From: Octopus sinensis | Lineage: Eukaryota | Assembly (NCBI RefSeq): GCF_006345805.1 | Contig: NC_043010.1 | Location: forward strand, 51,460,001-51,524,000 | Direction: 5' to 3' | DNA length: 64,000 nt | In this document: piece after piece, positions 39,054 through 52,908 of the stretch | Layout of the letters: each line of letters begins with the position of its first letter | Numbering within the stretch: the stretch's first letter is position 1 | Notes under the pieces: generated by a model | What the model saw: only the letters and a program-made list of their open reading frames with translations | Told to the model about the DNA's origin: nothing | Database searches by the model: none | Position numbers and translations under genes: made by a program

Positions 39054-41958
39054 ATGGTGGTTGTCTACTCCTTATGCAGAGTTTGACCACCTCCTGTACC
39101 TACACCTTAGCACCATCACAGCATCTGATGTGGCTTTTTAAACCAGACAATGTTCTGAAAACACACCCACATAGATTGCAACTCCGATTTGGACCACTGA
39201 GAGCTGCAGATAAGCTCTGCTCTTTGTGGGTCTTAAAATGTCTTTTGAGGCCTCCGTTAAATTTGCAAACCTTCTGGTATACACTGCATTCAAAGGTGTA
39301 TGCAGACATATAGGCAGAATAGTTGGTGGAGGTTCGTTTTCCATGCATTCGCAGATGAGATTTGAGGCCAGCAAAAGACAGGCATGGTCTGTCACAGACT
39401 GTGCACACAAAAAGGTCATTGTCATTCACCTTCTTGATCGTTACATTCTTCCTCAGATCTCTTTTGAATCTTACTTGCGTTATCCTGGCCTCTTTAAGTG
39501 CTTTCACTCCACTCCACACCTTTGTTTGCCATCTAACTCGATCCAAAGCAAGGGTTTCTCTATCTTCTGGAACCATTCCAAGTGACTTCATAGTAGTCCT
39601 TATGCCATCTTAAATCATTTTTTAGGTTTACACCAATAGCGTTTCCCCTCTGCAAGCTCACCATAAAACAGCTGTTTCGGCATGCATTCATCCGCCATTC
39701 GAACAATATGGCCACACCCTCTCAAGCAGTTCCTCAAAATCATAGCTTCAATTGAGGTGTTGCCTGCAGATGCAAGGACATCTGTGTTTGGAGTAAAAGA
39801 ACTCCATTTAATTTTTTAAATGTGATGAAGGCATTTTTGGTGGAATTGTTCTAACAATTTAAAGTGTCTTTCATAAGTCCAGTTTCACAGGAATACAACA
39901 GGAATGGTAAGACAAATGATTTGTAAAGAGCCAGTTTTTTATTCTTATTTATAAGTCGCTGGCACCAAACACATGACTCCAAGCCACCAAATGCTTTTGC
40001 TGCCCTTTGAATTCACAGCTGTATTTCTGTATCAAGATTTCCATCATTCTGAACAGAGCTTCCAAGGTAGACGAACGAATCGACAACCTCAAGTAACTTT
40101 CCCTTAAAACTTTTAGTGGGGTTACAAACAGCACCACACGCAGGTTGATGCATAACAACTGTTTTTTTTCAAGTTGATGGTCAAGTCAAAATCATCACAA
40201 ACTGAGTCAAATGCAGATACAAGAGATTGCAAACCTGTTTCAGAATGACTGACAAGATCGCAATCGTCAGCATATAAAAGTTCCCTAATGAGTGAAGTAA
40301 AAACATTCATTTTGAATTTCAGTCTGGACAGATTAAAAACATTCCCTGTTGGTCGATATTTTATGTAAATACCCTCCTCAGAGTTTTGAAAAGCATGTTA
40401 CAACACAACAGTAAAGTATATTGCAAAGAGGGTAGGTGCATCAAGGTCTCCTTGCTTTACTCCATTTTCCACAGCAAAAGATTCAGAGAGCCTACCACCA
40501 AAATTAACTCTCACTTTCATATCTTGATGCAAAGCCCTGATCATATTTACAAATTTTTCTGGGCAACCTATTTTCCTTAAAATTAGCCACAAAGCATTTC
40601 GATTAACAGTATCAAATGTTTTGCTCAAATCAACAGAGCAATGGTATGCAGCAAGATTCTGTTCAATGCACTTTTCTTGTAACTGTCTGACAGTAAAGGT
40701 ACAATCAGCTGTGCCCTTGGAGAAACGAAAACCACACAGACTCAGACACTATATTTGAAATTATAAAGGTATTTAAACATTCTAACAAAATGCAGTCGAG
40801 TACCTTTCCAACTACAGACAAAAGCAAAATCCCACGAAAATTACCACACAGATCCTTTGGCCCTGATTTATACAAGGAGACTGAAATGGCATCAATCCAG
40901 CCTTGAGTCACTTACTCAGTTCTCCAACAGTGACAAATTAATATATTTAACAATTCAAACATTTTATCACCCCTTATTGTTATTCAGCTTATTCACAGCT
41001 AAATAAATGTCATTTAGAATTGGTTCAAATGCCATCTCTTCTATAACTGGAAAGTATTCAGTTTTTTCTATCGTCCTCATGCCAACGGATGATGGTCTAT
41101 AAAAAAGTGCAGAAAAATGTTCTACCCAACGCTTATAAATAGAAGCGATGTCAGTCAGAAGAAAACATCCATTTGCTGTTCTCGCTGGAGCTATTGAAGA
41201 TTTTGGACCATATACCTCCTTAACATAAGAGTACAAACCCTTGGCATAATTTCTCTCAGCTGCTTCTTGTGCCCCTTTTGCTCTATCATTCCACCATTCC
41301 TGTTTAATTTTCCTTAGAGCAGTCTGCAATTTCCTTTTCAGCTTTTGTAAGCTTCATTTGAGTTTGGGTTCAAGGACTGAGAAAGTATTGCCTAAGTTTT
41401 GTTTTTCTAAAAGTAGATTGTGAATTTCTGCTGATCTATCTGAGAACCAGTCACTAGGCTTATGTGATTTAAATCCCACTGACGAACCTGCAGTCTGAAA
41501 TACTTTTGTTTTGAAATCTTCCCATAGATTGTTTGGATCAAGACAGATACCTCCTATAACATTGTGGAATCTTTGCAAGTTGCTTGATAATTTAAAGTTT
41601 GCAACATTTAACTTCTTGGGTACCTTAGGACCAGACTGCTGATTTTTAGGCATTATCGAAAAATCTATTTTTCCAAGCACTAGATGATGGTCAGTCCAGC
41701 TCTCTGCCCCTCTCATGGCCTGAACGCTAGAAACATCTTTCATATCATGTTTTCTGATCAGAATATAATCTATGAGATGCTAGCGCTTAAATATTGGGTG
41801 CATCCAGATAGCTTTATATTTATTTTTCTGCTTAAACAGTGTTGGTGACAACCAGATTATTCTCAGTACAAAGCATGAAAAGAGCCACTCCATTTTTATT
41901 GCATTTTCCAATCCCATGTCTATCTAAAATAGGCCACGAAACAGTTCTTTCCAACTCT
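39054..41958 (-). mobile_element. RTE-clade (BovB-like) LINE, degraded, with C-terminal C2H2 fingers
   Basis: EN end (TDHHLV); RT motifs FDTVNRNALW, GVKQGD..APTLF and LLYADDC; C-terminal CxxC...GLKSH repeats. Confidence 0.9.
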
Positions 41959-42780
41959 TGCTCTGAAAGAGCCACCATGAACAGTAGTGGCTCCAATACA
42001 GTTCCCTGGGGCACTCCACTTTCTATTAATGTCTTTGTGGAAAGGGCTCCATTGGCTGCTACAGTCTGGCTTCTGTCTTTTAAGAAGTCATACAACCACT
42101 CTCCAATTTTCCCAGTTATGCCAAGTCTCTGTAGTTTGTGACATATCACTCCATGATCAACCTTATCAAAAGCCAAAGTCAAGATATATCACATCTACAT
42201 TTGAGTGATTCATTGTTTCAACAATCAATCATAGTGTTGTAAAAGCTGTGTAAGGGAGCATCTGCCTGGGCGAAAGCCATGCTGGGTGTCAGGAAGCAAG
42301 TTTAGTATCTTCAAGGAACACAGTTTCTTCCTCACAATGCACTCAATGACTTTGCTGGAAGTTAGAGAGACAGATCTATAATTCTTAGCATCTTCTCTGC
42401 TACCTCCCTTATGGATAAGGCATATAATGCCTTCCTTTAACTTTTTTGGAAGTCACCCTGTTGTGAGGAAGCTCTGGAAGGGAATCTCAAATGGTCTAGC
42501 TAGAGCCCTTTTGCATTTCTTTAGGAGGATTGTTGGGAATCCATCAGGGCCTGTTGCTGAGTTTGAGTTCATCTCATCAATAGCTGATATCACATCAGTT
42601 TCCTCTATGTTGATGCTGTCAATAATTGCCATTTTGTTCTGTAGATCTGTGGAGCCAAAGAACTCATCAGGCATAGCTACTTGCAAGTGTCCCAGAGGAG
42701 TTGTAAAAGCACTTTTGTATTGCACATTCAATATTTCACTGATCCCCTGGGGGTCTGCAGTCAGAGCCATTTTCTTCAAG
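41959..42780 (-). mobile_element. CR1-group LINE RT fragment
   Basis: ATGPDGFP, AFDKVDHG, GVPQGTVLEPLLF; same family as 27756-30047. Confidence 0.85.
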
Positions 42781-42842
42781 TATGTATGTATGTGTGTGTG
42801 TGTATATATATATATATTCACATATGTATATATAAATATATG

Positions 42843-43725
42843 AATCATCATCATCATTTAACATCCACTTTCCATGCTGGCATAGGTTGGACGGTTTGAC
42901 TGAGGACTGGCTAGGCAGGAGAATGCAACAGGCTCCAATCTGTTCAGGCAATGTTTCTACAGCTGGATGCCAACTACTCTGAGAGTGCAGTTGGTGCTTC
43001 ATATGTGGCACCGGCATGGGGGCCAGTTAGGCAGCACTGGCATCGATCACACTCGAATGGAACTTTTCATGTGCCACCAGCACTAGCATCGGCCATGCTC
43101 AAATGGTGCATCATATGTGCCACCTATACAGGTGCCTGTCAGGCGGCACTGGCATCAGCCATGATAACGATTTCACTTGACACAACAGGTCCTCTTAAGC
43201 ACAGTATATTGTCCAACGATTTAAGAGTACTTTTAAACGAGCCAGTAATGCAACACTGGCATAGGCCACAGCTACGTATCTCCAAAGGTCTCGGTTGCTT
43301 GTCATTGCCCCGGTGAGGCCCAACATTAGATGGTTGTGCTTCACCATTTCATCCCAGGTCTTCCTGGGTACACCTCTTCTACAGGTTCCCTCCACTGTTA
43401 GGCTGTAATACTTCTTCACACAGCTGTCCTCATCCATATACAATACATGACCATACCAGTGCAGTAATCTCTCTTGCACACCACATCTGATGCTTCTTAA
43501 GACCAACTTTTCTCTCGGAGGGCTTACACATCCAGCAGAGCATACTAGCTTCATTTCTTTCAAGCCTACGCATGTTCGCAGCAGTCACAGCCCATGATTC
43601 ACTACCGTATAGCATGGCTGTTCGCATACATGCACCATACAGTCTACTTTTCACTCTGAGGGGCCCTTTGTTACCAGCAGAGGTAGGAGCTCCCTGAACT
43701 TTGCCCAGCCTATTCTTATTCTAGC
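42843..43725 (-). mobile_element. RTE-type LINE, C-terminal coding part plus 3' UTR
   Basis: RTAMLYGSESW, LHWYGHV, GTCRRGVPRKTW, RDLWRY, then the (GAT)n-tailed 3' end. Confidence 0.85.
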
Positions 43726-44107
43726 TGCTACATATACAAAATATATATACATATATGCATACACATACATATATATGCATACACATACACACATAATTGC
43801 TAACTGACCCTCTGTTGGTTATGACGAGTGTTCGGTTGAGCCATTCAACAGAACAGCCTGCTTGTGAAGTTAACATGCAAATGTCTGAGCACTCAGACAA
43901 GCATACCTTTGATGTAGTTCTCAAGAAAATTCAGAGTGATACAGGATGAATTACAGATACAACTCACTTTTTGCCAGCTGAGTGAACTGGAGCACTAATA
44001 AAGTGTCTTGCTCAAGCACACAACACACTGCCAGGAACTGAACTCATGTCATTACAATTTGTGAGCTAAATACCCTAATCCTTAAGCATACATACATACA
44101 TGTATGC

Positions 44108-44142
<35 letters not shown>

Positions 44143-44479
44143 CATACACACATACACATGTATATTCATATATACTTAAATACATATGTACATAAGTATA
44201 TGTGTCAGTGTCACTTTGTCTTGCTTGACATCAGATGGTAGTTGTAAATAAGTGTCTTCATTTGCAATATAATGCCTAGTTACGAGGAAACATTATCTTG
44301 CTAAGAAACAAGTCAGAGCTGGCATGAGGAAGGGAACCTATATAGAAAATCTAAGTAAAACCTATCCAACACATGCAACCATAGAAAAGTGATTGTCAAA
44401 TGATATTTGCATACACACACATACATATATGCATACACACATATGCACATACACACACATCTATACACGCATACACACA

Positions 44480-44612
44480 TTATGGCTGCTCCCTCGTTAT
44501 CGAGTATGGCCATTGCACGAAGCTTAACTGTTACTGGTGCTGTGATCAAATATGACTTTTTAGCCCAGCTAAAGATCTACAATGTCTTGTACAAAATTGG
44601 CAACTAAAACCT
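44480..44612 (-). mobile_element. RTE 3' end fragment (zinc finger)
   Basis: CQFCTRHCRSLAGLKSHI followed by a short UTR. Confidence 0.6.
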
Positions 44613-44662
44613 TTATATACACACACACATACATATATGCATACATAACCACATACATACAC

Positions 44663-44705
<43 letters not shown>

Positions 44706-45574
44706 TACATAACCACATACATATATATACACACACACACACATATAAATACTCATATATTCACAGGTGTGCAGTTGGCCCTACTGGGAGTGGGAAGTCC
44801 CTCTGGTGTTGTCATCTCTCTAGGAGAAGGAAACTAAGAGAAAACTTGTGACACTGACAATATTCGATGATGTAGACTAGTTTTTCTTTTCGAGTTTATG
44901 TTGTCCATGTTCAGGGAGTGGGATTGGATCTGTGCAAATCCTTTCCCCACTATGAAAAATATCATCATGCACAGGCATCACTTTAAAAAAAAAAAAAAGA
45001 CCTATCACAAAAATGGCTGGTTGTAGCCTTCACCTGTGTGGCACTTTCAATCAGGCAATGGTAATATTCAAATACAAGTTTGCAGCCATCATGTAACCAC
45101 ATGATTCTTGACGATATTTTCCCCTCCATCTTGGTTGGACTTTCCTGCTTCCAAAGAAGTGCTATGCTCAAAGCATAAAGCTACTACTCTTTTCCTTCTC
45201 TAAGCGTCTTATTAATTAATACATGGCTTGTGCTACGTCCACATGTTTGTTTTTTCTTTTCCTCTGTGTTTTTTTGAATTGACTATGCACACACACACAC
45301 ACATATATATCTATATATAGGGAGAGTTTACAAAAAAAACAAAAGACGAAGACAGGTGGTGTACAAAACAAACAGATGTATTAGTATAACGCTCAGGAAT
45401 AGAAAAAGTATTTTACGTTTATATATATGCATTTATATATTTATATAAAGCGTTATGCAAAAATAGGTATACAGTTATGAAAAAAGAAAACATGTACAAT
45501 ACCCATTTTTATCAAAAAAATTAAAAGCTACGATAAAAGTATTATAGTTATGATAAATGTATTGTTATGATTAA

Positions 45575-45794
45575 CCCTTTCATTACTGTATTTATTTTGA
45601 GATGCTCTGTGTTTCTTTCAATTACTTTAAATATAACAAAGAATTTAGTAAAATAATTTAGTTATCATTCAGCTGGTGTTAGGAACATAAATTGTGACTA
45701 AGGTTTGGGGGAAGATTTTAATTCAGAACTTTTGAAAACAAGACATTTATACTGAGAGCCAGAGCCGGTTTCAGCCGGGTTGGTAACGAAAGGG
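45575..45794. mobile_element. piggyBac-like MITE
   Basis: TTAA|CCCTTTCATTAC ... GTAACGAAAGGG|TTAA; second copy at 48295-48501. Confidence 0.9.
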
Positions 45795-46805
45795 TTAATG
45801 ACACTGAAATACCAAAAATGAGGCTAACTAATTTAATGTGCTAATAATTTTAACCAATGTGATACTTACTGTATACCTACTTTTGCACCACCTCCCTGTA
45901 TTCACATACAAACACACACATATATATATATATAGATACATACATTCACACACATACATATGTATTTATATACAGAGACAGCTAGAAAGATTTCAATGAT
46001 TCTATATGTAATCACTACCTTAGATTTGAAACCTCTATATACACACATACACAGGAACACAAGTGACTGCCTTACCAATTAAAAATCAGACACACACTGA
46101 AGCTTAACTTCTATTGTGGCTAAATATCCCATTTATTTCACCAATTTCCAATTTACCTCTGTTAGCACTCACTTTACTACACTACATTGCCAAACTTCGT
46201 AAAATATTGCACCTCCTTTGCAAGTGTTTGAGGAGAAAAAAAAGCAATCAATGAGATTGTGCTATGAACTTTGGGACATGTAATAAAGTGCATGTTTGTT
46301 TCTTGTTGGATTTTCATTCACAAGCACAGCCAAAACAGAAGAGAGAACACTATTTTATAAGCAACACTTTATGCTTTCTCTATCTGGAGATAAAGCAAGT
46401 ACCAGACAAAGTACTTGCTTTCTCTGTGTGGAGATATAGCAAATATCATGCAAAGTACTAGAGTTGATACAACTAGTATCACAGCATGGTTGCAGTTCGC
46501 AAAGTATAAGTAAATAGAAAGGACAGAATATTAGAACTTTACATGTCATTCAATTAGGAAATTATCGGATGAATTTTTTTTGTTCAGTTCACTTTGTGCA
46601 CTTTGGGCAAGTGTCTTTAACAACAGCCCCAGGCCAACTAATGACATGCGAGTGGATTTGGAAGATGGAAACTGAAAGAAGCATACATGCATGTGTGCTT
46701 GTGTGTGTGTGTGTGTGCATAAGTATATAAAAACCATTAAAATCAGGAGGTATGAGAGGTAAATGTATTTTTATTTCACCTTGTGACCATCTTTAGGATT
46801 ATGGC

Positions 46806-47649
46806 AGTTTCGCAGCCTTCTTTATGTATTAATTTCAGTGTAGAAGAAATTATGTTTACATGTTTTCATTACTATGCATGCTTTGCATTGTACAACACAA
46901 TCATATATTTACAAGTCAATGCAATTACAGAAAGCTAGCTCATCAAATCACCAGAACATCATGGTTACACCGATTCAACTCTTAACAGACACAAAATTCT
47001 CTCTTTATACATACAATGTATGGAAGATGGAGACTAGATAAAATTCACTTGGTTTGGTAGGTGTAAATAGAGATATGTTGCGCCATATCACTTAAGGTGC
47101 TAGATGGAAATTCAATTGACTATTGTTAACATAAAATAAAAACAAAGGAATAAGGAGGAAGTGAAATAGAGTAAATAAAAAAAATTAATAGCTTAACAAA
47201 AATACTTAAAAATAGACATACAAAAATATAATATAATTAAATGGGGGAATAAATAGCTGGAGATATAAATGTTAAATCAAGAAATAGTACTGAACAACAT
47301 TGAGGTTCAAATAGACTTAAAAGGACAAAAGACATGGGTCCTTAAATTTTAATCACACTTTCCAACCATTCCTCAAAAAGATTTTCAAGCCAACTGAATT
47401 GTAGGAAAACGAAAATCTAACACACACACACCTACATAGAAGCATATGCACATAAACTTATCAACATACTAACAAGTATAAAAGTACACAAAGTGTGTAG
47501 GTGTATGCATGTATTTGTGTGTGAGCTAGCTAGCTTTATTTGCATCGATTTGTGAATATATAAATGTATTGTATAACGCCAAGCATGCATATCAATGCAG
47601 AACTTCTTCCACACTGAAATTAATATTACACGAAGAAGGTTGCAAAACT
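46806..47649. mobile_element. Old foldback/MITE with ~135-bp diverged inverted arms
   Basis: 46806-46942 is an imperfect reverse complement of 47521-47649; no clear TSD. Confidence 0.6.
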
Positions 47650-47675
47650 AAGTATGTTACATGGCTAATATATAT

Positions 47676-47907
47676 AATTCTTTACTGCCCACAAGGGGCT
47701 AAACATAGAGGGGACAAACAAGAACAGACAAACGGATTAAGTTGATTATATCGACCCCAGTGCATAACTGGTACTTTATTTATCGACCCCGAAAGGATGA
47801 AAGGCAAAGTCGACCTCGGCGGAATTTGAATTCAGAACGTACCGGCAGACGAAATACGGCTACGCATTTCGCCCGGCTTGCTAACATTTCTGCCAGCTCA
47901 CCGCCTT
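47676..47907 (-). mobile_element. SINE family B
   Basis: Matches 7057-7289. Confidence 0.8.
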
Positions 47908-47915
47908 CAATATGG

Positions 47916-47949
<34 letters not shown>

Positions 47950-48294
47950 ATACGTCCTTAGCTGTTTGTACACTCTACATTACACGTCTCTGTATTGGGT
48001 GACTATGTGGACTGATAGCCAAATCTGTAAGAGGAGCTTTCTGTCATAGCTACATGATTCTCTGAATCCATTTCTTATACTACAAATTTATTAACAGAGT
48101 AACATTAAGGTGGTGTTCCTGCATGGTCGCAGTCAAATGATTGAAACAACAGAGTGTCTAAAAATTTGTATATACATGTATGTATATATCTATGTTTTGT
48201 CTTCTAATACTGCTTGACAACTGGTCTTGGTTTGTTTATGACCCCATAACATGGCTTTGGCGAAAGGGATTAACAGAACATGTACAGGCTTTAA

Positions 48295-48501
48295 CCCTTT
48301 TGTTACCGTATTTATTTTGAGATGCTCTGTGTTTCTTTCAATTACTAACACAGAATTTAGTAAAATAACTTAGTTATCATTCATCTAGTGTTAGGAACAT
48401 AAATTGTGACTGAGGTTTGGTGGAAGATTTTAATTCAAAACTTATGAAAGCAAGACATTTTGTACTCAGAGCCGGTTTCAGCCAGGTTGGTATTGAAAGG
48501 G
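48295..48501. mobile_element. piggyBac-like MITE nested in a family A SINE remnant
   Basis: TTAA|CCCTTT ... AAAGGG|TTAA; homologous to 45575-45794. Confidence 0.88.
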
Positions 48502-48897
48502 TTAAAGTGTGTTCTGAGACCAATTTGACTAAATCCGTCATGGCAATGTTGTTTCAGTATGGCCACAGTTCAATGATTAAATTAAATAGGTATCATTACC
48601 ATTATTAATAATAATGATAATAAAGTGCCTAGCAAGTTTATACCTTTGTAAAAATACAAACAAAATTTAGTAGGGTATTAAAATACCACACACATGGTGT
48701 AATGTGATGAATATTTCAGAAATAGATGTTTTGTGTTAAGTCTGGATGAAGAGCTTTGTGTATATTTATAATACAGAAAGTGAAATCAATTGATCCCAGA
48801 ATACACACATTCCTTACTTCTGTAGTTCATACAAGGCAAGCCTTTCTGTTATGTTTGTTACATTTGCCATGTATTTTAATAGTAAATTGTGAATTTT

Positions 48898-48929
<32 letters not shown>

Positions 48930-48931
<2 letters not shown>

Positions 48932-49470
48932 CATTAGATGTGGTGTGCAAGAGAGACTGCACTGGTATGGTCATGTATAAAGAAATGCTGATCTCTGTGG
49001 AGGAAACCTGCGATAGAGGTAGATCCAGGAAGACATGGGACGAAGTGGTAAAGCATGATCTTTAAACTTTGGGCCTCATGGAGGCAATGACTGGTGACCA
49101 AGACATTTGGTAATATGCTGTGCTTGAGAAGACCCATGAAGCCAAATGAAATCGTAGTCGTGCCCAATGCTGGCGTCACATAACTGGCACCCATACCAGT
49201 GGCACATAAAAAGCACCTTTCGAGTGTTAGGCCTCATGGAGGCAAGGTGGCACGTGAAAAAGCACCTTTCAGGTGTTGGGTCTCACAGAGGCAATGGCAA
49301 ATGACTGAAACCTTTGGTATTATGTCATGCTTGAGAAGAAGATCCATCAAGCCAAGTAAAATCGCAGTCGTGGAAAATGGCACCCGTGCCGGTGGCACGT
49401 AAAAGCACCCATTACACTCTTGGAGTGGTTGGCATTAAGAAGGGCATCCAGCCGTAGAAACCATGCCATT
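48930..49470 (+). mobile_element. RTE-type LINE C-terminus and 3' UTR
   Basis: GIRCGVQE-RLHWYGH...RGRSRKTWDEVVKHDL, then the conserved 3' UTR. Confidence 0.8.
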
Positions 49471-49474
49471 GCAT

Positions 49475-49741
49475 GGAACCTTGGGCAAGTGTCTTCTACT
49501 ATAGCCTCAGGATGACCAAAACTATGTCAGTGAATTTGGTAGACGGAAACTAAAAGAAGCCTGTCGTATGTGTGTGTCTGTCCCTCCGAAAAAACCGCAT
49601 GACAACCGGTGCTGGTATTTACGTCCCCCTAACTTAACGGTTCGGCAAAAGAGACCGACAGAATAAGTACCGGCTTTAAAAAAAAAAAGTACTGGAGTCG
49701 ATACATTCGATTAAAAATTCAAGGCAGTGAATGACCGAAAC

Positions 49742-49742
<1 letters not shown>
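49475..49742 (+). mobile_element. SINE family A, 5'-truncated
   Basis: Matches 9375-9680. Confidence 0.75.
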
Positions 49743-49785
<43 letters not shown>

Positions 49786-50063
49786 TTAAGTTTAAGCAAA
49801 TATGTGATGATAGCCTCAAACAATTTGTAATTTATCTTCGAATATGTCTTAGTATACGACCCTTGTGGTTTCAATTCTTGAAGATTTTCGAAAAAGCTTG
49901 AGTAAAACACACCAAACTCTATATTAAGTTATTGACCAAATGAGATCTCACTACAGAATCTCAAAAGATTTTGATTACAAGTGAAATTCAAATATGAAAT
50001 TTTATTTATTAATTTATCTAGTACGGTCTGGCCTGAAGCAGTTTGTGATATTTAAAAGTAATA

Positions 50064-50260
50064 AAGGCGCCGAGCTGGCAGAATCGTTAGCACGCCAGAC
50101 AAAATTGCTTAGCGGTATTTCTTCCGGCATTACGTACTGAGTTCAAATGTCACCGAGGTCGACTTCACCCTTTCGAGGTCAATAATATAAATACCAGCCG
50201 ATGTAATCGGCTAGCCTCCACCACCACATAAGATTTCATGCCCTTTACCTACAGTTGAAA
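50064..50260 (+). mobile_element. SINE family B variant
   Basis: AAGGCGCCGAGCTGGCAGAATCGTTAGC head and GTCGAC core. Confidence 0.65.
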
Positions 50261-52254
50261 TTATATTAAAAGTGTTAAGTAATGTAAATCGAAAATCAAA
50301 GCATTGTTAAATTCTTTTTTAAAAAATTATTTCACCACATGATGATGCATTTTCTAATCAGACGTGAAAAAGGTCACGATCAATGGACCTATGTCGGTCC
50401 TTCCAGGTCGGAGAGATCAATATGGACGACATTCGACCTTAATAACCGTTCGTAAAAGCCAGCAGGGAGAGTGTATATAGGAGAGAATACCAGAGGACAA
50501 AACATGCGTAGAAGGGAGTGTATATATGTATGTATGTATAAATTTGTATCTGGGTTACGTAAAACTCGTTTGGAGACAAGATAGGATGACTTCGACTAGT
50601 AGTGTTTTCAATTCTAACAAAATACAACACACTCTTTAATATCAGTCGTAAAAAAAAAAAATTTTTAACTGGCTCATCAAGGAATTCCTCTTGGTAGTAG
50701 TTTGACTGACTAGAAATAACAGTCAAATCGTCAACAACAATATAAATGCCGTCTTGGGAAAAAAAAAGTATACATTATATCATATAGCCTTACATACGCA
50801 ATACGAGGGGAAATGACGTTGGTCATTCATTACTGAACGAGTTTAGGTCAAAATTCACTTTGGAGCGCAATTAGAAATTCAAAACCCGTGAAAGATATTC
50901 AAAAATTGCCTACATGAGTCACGATCCTGTCGTGTGCTGTCTTTATTTCACGGCAAAGTGATGGATGATGTCTGTGGAGGAATCAGACCTCTGTAATAAA
51001 ATACATAGGAAGTTCATTCCCAACTCGATGCCACTATTATTTATAAAAAAACTGGCTCTGGGACCCCAAAGCAAAGCATCATCCGTCCGATGAACCAATC
51101 AAAAGGCGCTTTTGCGTGGTAGCTCCACTTGCGCCAAATAGCAGCTAAATCTTCCTTAAATCTCAATAGACAGTCTACAATTTTTTTCTTTTTTTTTAAC
51201 GGAGCGGGCATGGCTGGAATGCTCTTGATCACGGATTAGCTCGAACAGGGGGCTCACCTGAAGGTATAAAAGAACAACAAACGAGCGACCGACCGACCGA
51301 CCGGCAAGCACTGCTGCAGTTTTCTAGGAAATGTATCTTAAAGTCGGTGAAAACGACGAAAATACGTGAAAATATAGACAGGTCATCGACCTGAAACACG
51401 TTAGGCTTCGTAACAAAGTTACAAAATATGCGCGCGTGTGCGTGTACAAGATATACACATCACGCTTTTATTTGTACTTATATATATTGAAGACGAGAGA
51501 TATTCGTCTTAAATAAGAATGAAAGAAAATAACTTTGTAATATAACGATGTGAGATAAGAGGAAGGGAGACGCGCACGGAAGAGAGAGAAAAATTGAGAT
51601 GGAGATAAAAAGAAGAGAGTGTGGAGGATTGAAAGTGAAATGAAATGAAATGAAAGATAAATTAGGAGAGAGGAAAGTGAGGCGAATTGAGGGGAAAGAG
51701 AAGAGAGGATTGGGGGTAGAGAGAAAGAGAGAAGCAAGAGTGAAATTAACTGAAAGAAAAAAAAGAGACAAGACAAGTGAAGGAAAGTGATGAGGAGAGG
51801 AAGAGAGACAGACTAATTTGCAAGCAGGAATAGGGAGGGTGTGGAATGGGGGACAAAAAAAAAGAGAGCGTGACTGAAATTCATCTACAATAAAAGCTTG
51901 AAAAAATTGTAACGGTGTTCAGTTGTGACTAAATCTCTTCTACACACAGACAGACATATAGATAGAGAGAGAGAGAGAAGATGAAATATGCCCCCCCCCC
52001 CACCATAAAAAAATTATTACCAAAAATATAAACAGCTTTTTTTAATATCTAACTTCGTGGATATGTAAAGAGTGAAAAGGTATTCAACTAATAATCTAGT
52101 TTGAAATTATATATATATATATATATATATAATATACATACACATTTTATTATATAACAGGTATATAACACGAAGAGAGATTCTATATAAAACATGGATT
52201 TACTGTTGCCAGTTAACACTATTGAATTTATCACAACAAAAGGTTAGGTGCATG

Positions 52255-52288
<34 letters not shown>

Positions 52289-52440
52289 CACACAATCATA
52301 TATACATACATATATGTCGGTGTGTGAATTTTACAAAAATTGCAGTTCGGTGCTTCAATTTTTCTGTTGCACTCGAGCACAATCAAACGAAAAGGAAAAA
52401 AAAAAAAAAAACGACCGTCAACCGCAATATTTTTTTTTTT

Positions 52441-52758
52441 AAAGACTAATTATCTAACAGTTTAGCTTATAAAGAAAGCATATTTCTCCGGCTGCTGCTC
52501 GCGGAAGAAATATAAAAAAAAAGAACCCCCTCCCCCACATACACACAAAGAACTAGCATCAGTACCTCACCCGACACTCCTCCATGTCAATTAATGAACG
52601 GCTGTATATTAAAGTATATACTAATAAAGTTATATACATTCACGCATAAATATATATTATTTGTAACTTTACTCTTGTACAAACAGTATTATTTTACTGT
52701 ATGATGAATACTGTAAAAACAGATTTTATATATAGTGGAATAATTGTTGATGATCTCT

Positions 52759-52809
<51 letters not shown>

Positions 52810-52871
52810 GCGAGAGAGAGAGATATATATATATACTGATTTTTATAACATCACAAAATATAACTACTATT

Positions 52872-52908
<37 letters not shown>

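Noticed and set aside
48700-48760. C/D box snoRNA (GTGATGA)
   Set aside because: No D box or terminal stem at a suitable distance.
50439-50726. 95-aa ORF as an extra YLPM1 exon
   Set aside because: No good donor site; exons 1 and 2 already join in phase and appear contiguous by homology.
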